The translations under genes and the position numbers were made by a program. This document shows positions 33,687 to 42,042 of a DNA stretch of 64,000 nt, one piece after another. Location of the stretch: contig CAXXJJ010000004.1 of the NCBI GenBank assembly GCA_963667015.2, positions 2,752,001 through 2,816,000 of the forward strand, read 5' to 3'. Positions within the stretch are counted from its first letter, which is position 1, and every line of letters starts with the position of its first letter. Source of the DNA: Desulfatiglandales bacterium (GTDB lineage Bacteria > Desulfobacterota > DSM-4660 > Desulfatiglandales > HGW-15). Under the pieces are notes generated by a model. The model saw nothing but the letters and a program-made list of their open reading frames with translations. It did no database searches and was not told the DNA's origin.

Positions 33687-34409
33687 ATGCAACTTGGAAA
33701 CTGGATACCAATAAGTAAAGGCTTTTTAAAGGATTTGCCAACTGATAGGCCATACACGGAGTTAGAGGCAATGTATTCATTACAATGTGATTATGACAAT
33801 GATAGGCCGGTGACTTTACAAGGTTATGCAAGCCTTTGGAGATGGTCGATTGGCAAGGTGAAACGATTTTTGGAACGTCTTGGAGCAAGCATTAAATATC
33901 CTGAAAGTACCCGGAAATTGAAGAATCAAAACGGAAATATAATGATACATAAACCGGAAATAAAACGGGAATATAATGGAAATAAAAGAATGATAGATTC
34001 CAAGTGGTTAGCAAATAAACCGAAAATAAACCGGAAATATAACGGAAATAAAACGGAAATAAAACGGGTTGCAACTGTAGATCCTAATCCTGAGACTGAC
34101 CCTAAATCCTATAATACTACTATCCAAAATGAAAAAATTATCTTTGGAGAGTTCAAAAACGTCCTCTTAAAAGAAGATGAATTTAATAAATTAACATCTT
34201 CTCTTGGCAAGGAAAAAACTGACGATCTTATTGAACGATTATCATCCTATATGACAAGCTCCGGCAAAACTTACAAAAGTCATTATGCAACAATTCTTAA
34301 CTGGTCAAGAAAAGATACTCTCCAAAACAAAAATAATAAATCTTCCAGACAGTCAGAACAAAAGTTTGATGCTGAATATTACGCACAAGGAGCCACAAAC
34401 AATGACTGA
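33687..34409 (+). CDS. phage-type replication initiator (internal iterons)
   Basis: N-terminal HTH-like ASLWRWSIGKVKRFL, central repeats, C-terminal YKSHYATILNW; coupled to a DnaC-like gene. Confidence 0.8.
   Translation: MQLGNWIPISKGFLKDLPTDRPYTELEAMYSLQCDYDNDRPVTLQGYASLWRWSIGKVKRFLERLGASIKYPESTRKLKNQNGNIMIHKPEIKREYNGNKRMIDSKWLANKPKINRKYNGNKTEIKRVATVDPNPETDPKSYNTTIQNEKIIFGEFKNVLLKEDEFNKLTSSLGKEKTDDLIERLSSYMTSSGKTYKSHYATILNWSRKDTLQNKNNKSSRQSEQKFDAEYYAQGATNND
33927..34070 (+). repeat. 11-bp iterons (AAACGGAAATA-like), putative satellite origin
   Basis: e.g. TAAACCGAAAATAAACCGGAAATATAACGGAAATAAAACGGAAATAAAACGGG. Confidence 0.8.
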
Positions 34410-35220
34410 TTTAAAAATTATATCCTCAAGTGATGATCAGCAAATAGGCCATTGTGAAAAACATGGTGCATATCCTTTAAAAAAGTTCGTTAATAAATTT
34501 AATGACGATGTTAAATGGATGGGTTCCTGTCAGAAATGCGAAGAAGAAAAAAGAGTCGAAGAGATTGAAAACCGAACCGCTTACAGAATTAAAGGTTTTC
34601 TTTCATGCAGTGGCATTCCTGAAAGATTTAAAGATTATTCCTTTGATGATTTTAAAACTGGTAGTCATGCTGGCAAAAAAAACGTTCTACAATCGATTAA
34701 GGACTATGCGCAAGACTTTACCCTAAATAGAGAGAAAGGCCGCTGTATGACCTGGTGTGGCGCTCCTGGCACAGGGAAAACAATGCTTTCATGCTGCATG
34801 GCCAAGGCAATTATTCATAAAACATATTCTGCATATGAACATGATGAGCACTATGGTGAAGATCAACTTGTGACACATGATTACATGGCTCATATAACAA
34901 CAGAGTATGTTTTGATTAGAAAAATTAAAAATTCCTGGGGATCGGGGGCCGGATTGACTGAAGAAAGTATTATCAGCAATCTTTGTGAACCGGATTTACT
35001 GGCGATTGATGAGGTCGGCGTTTCCTTTGGCAGTGAAGCAGAGAAAATACTTTTGTATCAGGTCATTAATTCGAGATATGAGCGAACCCTGCCAACAATT
35101 CTGATATCAAACTTGAATCATACAGACCTTGAAAAGCATTGTGGTTCAAGGATCATGGACCGTATGCGGGAAAATCAGGGAATTCAATTAACCTTTAATT
35201 GGGAAAGTTACAGGCGATAA
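34402..35220 (+). CDS. DnaC/IstB-like ATPase (helicase loader)
   Basis: CEKHG..CQKC zinc motif, GAPGTGKT, LLAIDEVG, ISNL, RIMDR. Confidence 0.92.
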   Translation: MTDLKIISSSDDQQIGHCEKHGAYPLKKFVNKFNDDVKWMGSCQKCEEEKRVEEIENRTAYRIKGFLSCSGIPERFKDYSFDDFKTGSHAGKKNVLQSIKDYAQDFTLNREKGRCMTWCGAPGTGKTMLSCCMAKAIIHKTYSAYEHDEHYGEDQLVTHDYMAHITTEYVLIRKIKNSWGSGAGLTEESIISNLCEPDLLAIDEVGVSFGSEAEKILLYQVINSRYERTLPTILISNLNHTDLEKHCGSRIMDRMRENQGIQLTFNWESYRR

Positions 35221-35221
35221 A

Positions 35222-35413
35222 ATGGATAACGATTTTAATAAAAGAATTTTAGCGGAATGTTCGGACGTGCTTGTATCACTCAATACAAAGATGGGTTTGT
35301 TCATTCAATCAGGCGACTGTCAGGGCTTTCAGGTATTAACGCGAGCAGTTAATCAGATTGTCGATGCAAGACAATTAGAAATGACACGGAGGTTGAACGC
35401 AGATGCAGAATAA
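35222..35413 (+). CDS. small hypothetical protein
   Basis: Starts immediately after the ATPase stop; similar to the next ORF. Confidence 0.65.
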   Translation: MDNDFNKRILAECSDVLVSLNTKMGLFIQSGDCQGFQVLTRAVNQIVDARQLEMTRRLNADAE

Positions 35414-35570
35414 CAACGATCTACTGTTAAAACATTGTACTGAAACAATCGTCAATCTGAATGCAGGATTAAGGGAGTTGGTGCAAAGAAAAGACTGGTC
35501 AACTATTCAGGACATGCGGACAGTTGCAAATGGAATCTTTCAAAAGGCTGAACAGATACGGGATAAATAA
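35403..35570 (+). CDS. small hypothetical protein (55 aa, not in ORF track)
   Basis: MQNNNDLLLKHCTETIVNLNAGLRELVQRKDWSTIQDMRTVANGIFQKAEQIRDK; GGAGG SD upstream. Confidence 0.65.
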   Translation: MQNNNDLLLKHCTETIVNLNAGLRELVQRKDWSTIQDMRTVANGIFQKAEQIRDK

Positions 35571-36122
35571 AGGTAAATTATATAATGTTAACAATAAGAT
35601 ACGCCCTGGGTCAAAAGTTAAAATCGAAAAGGTTTATGTAAACCACATGGTTTCTCATTCGGAAATAAAATTCCGTGTATGATTTGTTGCATAGAAAATC
35701 AAAGAATCAAAAAAATGATACCCCTGCCTCTGATTCTTGGGGACATTCATAAATATAACCGCACGGTCTCATTTATTTTAGAGGCCGACATTTTAACAAG
35801 TGGGGTTAATATTATTTCTATATGTAGATCAAGCATATTGTGGATTTTTTAAGGATTTAATTTAATTGAAATACCGGGAGAAAAAACGCGGGCCTGTAAT
35901 AGCGGGATGCCTTACAGGAAGTCAGATTGAAAAAGGTTTTTAGGAGTTGTGTTGCGGGATGTGACGCATACCGGGACAATGTGAGGTTGTCAAAAAGGCT
36001 TTTAAGATCGGGGCAAAAAGATTCAATTCAGGCGGGATGTTTGAAACGAATTGCGATAGGCAAAAACTGGATTATAAATCGGGTTAACCGATAATAAACA
36101 TATTAAAAAAGGAATAATAAAA

Positions 36123-37298
36123 ATGATAAATTTTGATGGTATAAATTTTGATAATCTGGATGCAATAGGATTTCTGGCAATTTGCAATGAAATTGAAAAA
36201 ATGAATATTCCAGACAAAAATAATGCGTCGTATCAACGGATGATGGCGCGTCTTGACAAGAGAGAAGCAGAGCTGGCAAGGGGCAGCTTTCGGGGCGGTG
36301 GCTCTGATGGGTTGACAACAGCAGCAGCAAAGGCACATTCGGACGCTTTTATGAACTGGATGCGTAAGGGCAGTAATGAAAATGAATTAAGGAGCTTGGA
36401 AATCAATGCAGGGCTGAGCACTGTCAGTGATCCTGATGGCGGATTCCTCACTCCGGCTTCAATCGATCAGAGCATTGAACGGTTAGCGGTTGATAGTGTT
36501 GCAATGAGAAGGCTTGCAACTGTAAAAACCTCAAAGGGTGAGTACAGCAAACCGATAAGCAAAGGTGGAGCTTCCGGCGGTTGGGTTTCTGAGATGGATG
36601 ATCGAGATGAAACTGACAGTCCAGAGCTGAATCTATTTGCGCCCAAATTTGCAGAAATATATGCAAACCCAAAATGTACACAAAAACTGCTTGATTTATC
36701 CGACTTTGATATTGAGGCATGGCTGACAGAAGAAATTTCAGACACCTTTATCGAGACTGAGGGAACCGGATTTATAGCAGGTGACGGCGTCGGAAAAGTT
36801 CATGGTATTATCGATGAAAGTAAGATGATTGAAAATTCAAGCTGGGAGTATGGAAAGACTGGCTATGTAGTAAGCGGAAATGCCTCATTGATTGATGATC
36901 CTGAAGTCTTAGTGGATCTTCAGCATGCCCTGAAGCCTGTGTATAGACAGAATGGTGTCTGGCTAATGAACGATAATACCGCAGCCAAACTCAGGAAGAT
37001 TAAGGACGGAGACGGTAATTTTATATGGCGGGGTGGTCTGCTTGAGGGTGCGCCTGATATCCTACTAGGAAAACCGGTTGAGATTGATGACAATATGCCG
37101 AACATCGGCGCGGATGCTTACCCTGTTGCCTTTGGCGATTGGAAGCGTGCTTACACTATCCTTGACCATATAAGCGGTATAAGGCTTTTAAGAGATCCTT
37201 ACTCCAAAAAAGGTTGGGTTTACTTCTACACAACTAAACGTGTGGCGGCTGGAATTTCTAACTATCAAGCACTGAAGTTCCTGAAAATTAGTGAATAA
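36123..37298 (+). CDS. HK97-family major capsid protein
   Basis: DPDGGFL.P, TQKLLD.S.FDIEAW, KLRKIKDGDG, LLGKPV, AFGDW, LRDPYS..G.V.FYTTKRV. Confidence 0.94.
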   Translation: MINFDGINFDNLDAIGFLAICNEIEKMNIPDKNNASYQRMMARLDKREAELARGSFRGGGSDGLTTAAAKAHSDAFMNWMRKGSNENELRSLEINAGLSTVSDPDGGFLTPASIDQSIERLAVDSVAMRRLATVKTSKGEYSKPISKGGASGGWVSEMDDRDETDSPELNLFAPKFAEIYANPKCTQKLLDLSDFDIEAWLTEEISDTFIETEGTGFIAGDGVGKVHGIIDESKMIENSSWEYGKTGYVVSGNASLIDDPEVLVDLQHALKPVYRQNGVWLMNDNTAAKLRKIKDGDGNFIWRGGLLEGAPDILLGKPVEIDDNMPNIGADAYPVAFGDWKRAYTILDHISGIRLLRDPYSKKGWVYFYTTKRVAAGISNYQALKFLKISE

Positions 37299-37631
37299 TA
37301 TTTATAGGCATGGCGCGGCCTTGGGTTTCTTCACTCAATAAGTTAATCCCTAAATGCGCCCGGATAAGTACAGAGTGCCGCAAAACCTTTACAGCCAAGG
37401 GGTAATCCAATTTTCTATTACCTGACTTGGCCTGATTGCTTGATGCTGTACCCTTCGGGGCCTCTCAACAGCGTGGTCAGTAGATAATGACCTGGGGGCA
37501 GTTATTCTGCCCTCTTGGTTATTCTAATAACTTAGTTTTAATTATCAAACCAAAATATCAACGTACAGCGTTTATTTTTTCAGGCATGGTGTTATGACAG
37601 TGACATTTCAACGATTGATAGGCGATTAATC

Positions 37632-37853
37632 TTGTTTCATGTGAGCGTAAAAGGGGAGCTATCCCCTGAACTGGAATTATGGCTGGCTGTTACTGTTCTT
37701 GCAATCCGAGATTTAAAAAATAATGAGCACACCTACACTGCTTTTCAATGGCTATCAGATCCGGGTAACATTGTTTTTGAAATGTTGTCAGAAAGCCTTG
37801 GTTATGAATCTTCAGCTTTACGGAAAATGATTTTTGATAATTTGCAGAACTAA
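37632..37853 (+). CDS. small hypothetical protein
   Basis: ORF with PELELWLAV..AI.DL; start codon uncertain. Confidence 0.55.
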   Translation: MFHVSVKGELSPELELWLAVTVLAIRDLKNNEHTYTAFQWLSDPGNIVFEMLSESLGYESSALRKMIFDNLQN

Positions 37854-37895
37854 CACAATGTTTTTTTGATTTAAAGCATTTAACCCTTTCACAGC

Positions 37896-38348
37896 TTAAT
37901 CATAACTGTTGCTTTCATTACAGTCGTATTTCATATAAATCAATTCCCCGTCTGTTTCTTCTGTTTTATGAAATCCTGTAGATTCATAAAAGTTAATAGC
38001 CCTCTGATTATGTCTATATACTTTAAGTATAAATGAAGATGAATTGCTTTTTTTCGCCCATGCCAGATAAGTATTTAATAGCTTTACTCCATTTCCTTTT
38101 TCTCTATAATTGGGAGCAACCCATAAACGGCTAAGTTCGCCCTTTGTTCCCATTAATAAGCCACGGGCCTCTTTTTTGTCATCAATCAAAATACAAGCAA
38201 ATCCTTCTCTTTTATAAAACCGGGTTGATAAATCTTCATTCCATGTGTCTCCTGAATCCGGGAAGGCTCCGGGACTGTCTTTAAAAGATTCAAAAATCAG
38301 CTTTTTTTGGATTTGCCAGTCAGCGGGTCCTAAGTTACGAACTTCCAT
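37896..38348 (-). CDS. GNAT acetyltransferase (island cargo)
   Basis: LWVAPNYREKGNG, N.RAINFYE..GF. Confidence 0.85.
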   Translation of the reverse strand: MEVRNLGPADWQIQKKLIFESFKDSPGAFPDSGDTWNEDLSTRFYKREGFACILIDDKKEARGLLMGTKGELSRLWVAPNYREKGNGVKLLNTYLAWAKKSNSSSFILKVYRHNQRAINFYESTGFHKTEETDGELIYMKYDCNESNSYD

Positions 38349-38402
38349 TCTCTTAACTCCTCACCTAAAAAATCAAAATGGACATCTTTATACTCTTATA
38401 TT

Positions 38403-39155
38403 TTATATTTTCGCTATATCCCTTAGAACTTCTTTCAACATAATTTTTATTTCTTCAGCTTCATATTTATCAAGATAATCGTCATTAAGAAATTGTTTCG
38501 TTTTAAAATATATATTTTGATATTCCTTTGAAAATTCAATATGATCTTCAAACCAATAAAGTAGGCTATACGCTTCTTTATAATTAACTTCGTCATCGGC
38601 CAGGATACCCATAATCATACCCTTGAATTCAGCACTTTCACCACTCATGGCCTGCAAATTTTTTTCATCTCTATGTTCACATAGTTTTATAAAAATACTT
38701 GCACAAGCTATTGCATCCTCTCTGGCATCATGATGTCGAAATGTAGGGAGACCAAAATATTTGACTAATGTTTTTAATTTGCAGTTTTTTATATCAGGCA
38801 ACTTCTCTTTTGCTATTGAGCTTGAGTCGATATATTCAAAGTTCAAACTCAAATTAAAATGATCTGAGAGCGCATTTAAAACCTGTTTGTCAAATAAGCT
38901 ATGCGCTACTAAAGGATAAGAAAAGATATCTTGGATTTCCGGATATAGTTCAACAAATTCAGGCTTATCGAATGTATCTTCTTCTTTAATGCCGTGTATT
39001 TTAGATTGAAATGGTGCATGTCCGCCAATTGGTTTTATAAGGTAACCGTTTGTCTCAACAATTTCATAGTTGAAAACTTTTGCATAACCAAGAGCGCAAG
39101 CGCTGACTCTTTGTGGATTTGCCGTTTCAAAATCAATAGCAATGAATTCTTGCAT
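38403..39155 (-). CDS. DEDDh 3'-5' exonuclease with C-terminal helical domain (island cargo)
   Basis: IDFETAN, VAH..FD, HHDAREDA; GGGAG SD before ATG 39155. Confidence 0.88.
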   Translation of the reverse strand: MQEFIAIDFETANPQRVSACALGYAKVFNYEIVETNGYLIKPIGGHAPFQSKIHGIKEEDTFDKPEFVELYPEIQDIFSYPLVAHSLFDKQVLNALSDHFNLSLNFEYIDSSSIAKEKLPDIKNCKLKTLVKYFGLPTFRHHDAREDAIACASIFIKLCEHRDEKNLQAMSGESAEFKGMIMGILADDEVNYKEAYSLLYWFEDHIEFSKEYQNIYFKTKQFLNDDYLDKYEAEEIKIMLKEVLRDIAKI

Positions 39156-39689
39156 GATTATTCTCCCCTTTCTAAATAGTAAATACGCTATCAATAGGGT
39201 ATCAGCCAAAAAATACAGGCTGGTGAATGCTGGTTTATCTATCTGCTTACATTGCTTACACAATATTTTTTTACACTGCTTACATAGTGCTTATACTGGC
39301 TTTTTACAAAATAAAAAAGGGTTAAAGCAAAAACGCTGAAACCCTTGTTATTGTTGTGGAGCCCCAGTATAACCCATGCCCTGCCTTGCCCTGCCTCGCA
39401 GGATGGCGATGTCCATTGCCTGGCGGCGAGTAAGGCAATCCTGTACAATCCAATTAAATTGAATTGCTCCCCTAAAGGGTAGGATGTCAAACTCCAGGTT
39501 GACTTGATAGAAGATAAAGCCTCTCATCGGCATACCTAAAGTCTTTTATTTTGTTATACTGGGGCACAAAAATAATTTTTTGACGCTGGAATTTCTACTT
39601 ACTTTTTATTTTGATTATTTATGGGTTGATGCATTAATTGGTACAACCCCGCTTATACCACTTATAACATATTGATTTTACTACATACC

Positions 39690-39785
39690 TGGCGGAGAGG
39701 GTGGGATTCGAACCCACGTGCCCTGCTATTAACAAGACAAGTCGATTTCGAGTCGACCCCGTTACGGCCTCTTCGGTACCTCTCC
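39690..39785 (-). tRNA. tRNA-Ser(CGA)
   Basis: GGAGAGG acceptor, GTCGA-CTCGAAA-TCGAC anticodon arm, long variable arm, GCCA end. Confidence 0.96.
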
Positions 39786-39788
39786 GCG

Positions 39789-40262
39789 TTAGGTGTGTTT
39801 CCAATTCCTTCTCGAACGGAAGAAATCCTTGAGCAGATCACCGCACTCCTTTTCCCTGATACCGGAGACAATTTCTATCCGGTGATTCAACCGGGTATCA
39901 TTTGCCGGATTATACAAAGACCCGGCAGCGCCTCCCTTGGGATCAAAGGCTCCAAAAACAAGCGTCGAAACCCTGCTGTGAATGGCAGCCCCTATACACA
40001 TGATGCAGGGCTCAATTGTAACTATAAGAGTTACCTCGCTGAGGCGATAATTTTTTAAGGCCTCTCCTGCCTTTCTGAGCGCAAGGATTTCTGCATGGGC
40101 AGTCGGGTCATTAAGACGAATAGGTTGATTATGTGCACGGGCTATAATGTCACCTTCCGGGCCGGTAACAAGCGCCCCGACAGGGACCTCACCCTCATCA
40201 AAACCCATTTCTGCCTCAATAAGAGCCTGCTCCATAAGCAGTTCGTAATCGCTGTGATCCAT
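39789..40262 (-). CDS. tadA: tRNA adenosine(34) deaminase
   Basis: EVPVGA, DPTAHAE, EPCIMC, LNHR. Confidence 0.96.
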   Translation of the reverse strand: MDHSDYELLMEQALIEAEMGFDEGEVPVGALVTGPEGDIIARAHNQPIRLNDPTAHAEILALRKAGEALKNYRLSEVTLIVTIEPCIMCIGAAIHSRVSTLVFGAFDPKGGAAGSLYNPANDTRLNHRIEIVSGIREKECGDLLKDFFRSRRNWKHT

Positions 40263-40381
40263 CGGGCAACCATTACCATTTCATACAGACTCAGTCAAGA
40301 ATTAGCTTGCCTGCCTTAAAGGATATCTTCTCAGGTAAAATAATGCTGGAATATAAAAGGATTATATAATAATTTCCCTAT

Positions 40382-41590
40382 ATGATATACGACTATATAA
40401 TCATAGGCGGCGGCATTGTAGGAATTTCCACTGCATGGCAGCTGCAGAAGTATTTTCCCGGCAAAAATATTTTACTGCTTGAAAAGGAATCGGATTATGC
40501 AAAGCATCAGACCGGTCATAACAGCGGGGTAATACATGCCGGAGTCTATTACCAGCCCGGCAGTCTGAAGGCAGAATTCTGTAAAGCCGGTGCGGCTGCC
40601 ACCAAAACCTTCTGCGACGCCCATAACATCCCCTATATAGAATGTGGTAAGCTTCTGGTTGCGACAGATGACCTTGAAATGGAACGCATGTATGCGTTGA
40701 TTGAACGCTGCAGACAAAACGGGATAGACATAGAGGTTCTGGATCAGAAAAAACTTAAGATTCAGGAACCTCATATCACAGGACTTGGCGCAATCCTTGT
40801 AAAGGCAACAGGCATTGTTAACTATCAACAGGTTGCAAAAAAGATGGCTGACCAATTTCTTGAAACAGGCGGCAATGCCCTTCTAAACCATAAAGTAACA
40901 GCACTCAGAGAATCAGCCTCGGATGTCTCAGTTGCCGCACTCCACAATGGAAAGAAGTTTTTATTCAGGTGCCGAAGACTGATCACATGCGCAGGTCTTC
41001 ATTCAGACCGTGTTACGAAAATGCTGAATATACCGACAGATTTTCAGATCATTCCTTTTCGGGGTGAGTACTATCAGCTCCCTGTAAAATACAGCAAAAT
41101 AATAAACCACCTTATCTACCCGATCCCGGATCCCAGGCTGCCTTTTTTAGGGGTTCATCTGACGCGAATGATTGACGGCTCCGTCACAATTGGGCCGAAC
41201 GCGGTGCCTGGATGGAAGCGGGAAGGCTACGGCAGGATCAATGTAGACATAAAAGATACGCTGGATATATTGACTTTCCCCGGGTTCTGGTATTTTTTAA
41301 GGTCACATCTAAAGACAGGTTTGAAGGAATTTAAAGATTCCCTGTGGACGCCCGGATATCTTAAACTTGTACAAAAGTACTGCAAAAAACTGAAATTGAG
41401 GGATTTAAGGCCATATCCTACAGGTATCCGCGCCCAGGCAGTATTAAGAGACGGGACCCTTGTGCATGACTTTCTCTTTGCAGAAAGTCCGCGAAGCCTT
41501 CATGTCTGTAACGCACCGTCTCCTGCCGCAACTTCCTCGATCCCTATTGGCGATTATATCTGCAGGAGAGTTATTGAGCTGGGTGATTGA
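40382..41590 (+). CDS. lhgO: L-2-hydroxyglutarate oxidase
   Basis: GGGIVG, HQTGHNSGVIHAG, FRGEY, PFLGVHLT, NAPSPAAT. Confidence 0.95.
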   Translation: MIYDYIIIGGGIVGISTAWQLQKYFPGKNILLLEKESDYAKHQTGHNSGVIHAGVYYQPGSLKAEFCKAGAAATKTFCDAHNIPYIECGKLLVATDDLEMERMYALIERCRQNGIDIEVLDQKKLKIQEPHITGLGAILVKATGIVNYQQVAKKMADQFLETGGNALLNHKVTALRESASDVSVAALHNGKKFLFRCRRLITCAGLHSDRVTKMLNIPTDFQIIPFRGEYYQLPVKYSKIINHLIYPIPDPRLPFLGVHLTRMIDGSVTIGPNAVPGWKREGYGRINVDIKDTLDILTFPGFWYFLRSHLKTGLKEFKDSLWTPGYLKLVQKYCKKLKLRDLRPYPTGIRAQAVLRDGTLVHDFLFAESPRSLHVCNAPSPAATSSIPIGDYICRRVIELGD

Positions 41591-41632
41591 TAAAGAAGAA
41601 ACAGCATATCCCTTTCACGATGGAGACTGAAT

Positions 41633-41992
41633 ATGGGATTAATTGATTATGTAATATTGGGAATTGTTTTTCTGGTTTTCGGGATTTTACTCTATATCCC
41701 CTGCCACTGGTGGTTAAGACGTAAAACCCGTAAACTTGATCCCGGCAGTGACTTTATGTTACGTATCACATCATCCGGCCTGGCATTGTGCACATTGATG
41801 GTGGTAGCCCTTATCCTTGGTTTCGCCCAGGAGTATCTATCTCCGGAATCAGAATTCGGCATATTTATCACTTCATGGTCGGGTAAATTTTATTACATTA
41901 TACTTGTATGGATATTGACTGTAATATTTGGGTTGGTCCTGGAAAAACTTGGATTTAAGATTTACAAACGCCCTGACAATGATGATGAGTAA
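41633..41992 (+). CDS. hypothetical membrane protein
   Basis: Three hydrophobic segments; GGAG SD. Confidence 0.75.
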   Translation: MGLIDYVILGIVFLVFGILLYIPCHWWLRRKTRKLDPGSDFMLRITSSGLALCTLMVVALILGFAQEYLSPESEFGIFITSWSGKFYYIILVWILTVIFGLVLEKLGFKIYKRPDNDDE

Positions 41993-42042
41993 CTGGATAT
42001 TGATCGTTAATAATAAAATCATTTAATCCCGAGGCACTAATT

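Larger units (their letters stand above)
31162..39703. mobile_element. PICI-like phage satellite integrated at tRNA-Ser(CGA)
   Basis: 14-bp direct repeat TGGCGGAGAGGGTG at 31162-31175 and 39690-39703 (tRNA 3' end); contains int, alpA, rep, a DnaC-like ATPase and an HK97 capsid. Confidence 0.9.

Noticed and set aside
36123..37298. Lone capsid as an encapsulin or gene transfer agent
   Set aside because: It lies inside an att-bounded integrase/replication element, with no cargo enzyme or GTA structural cluster.
39361..39565. Retron msr-msd suggested by the flanking inverted repeat
   Set aside because: There is no reverse transcriptase in the island or window; kept only as an unexplained IR.
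39690..39785. 96-nt tRNA as tRNA-Sec
   Set aside because: Anticodon is CGA with a 7-bp acceptor stem, so it is a serine tRNA with a long variable arm.
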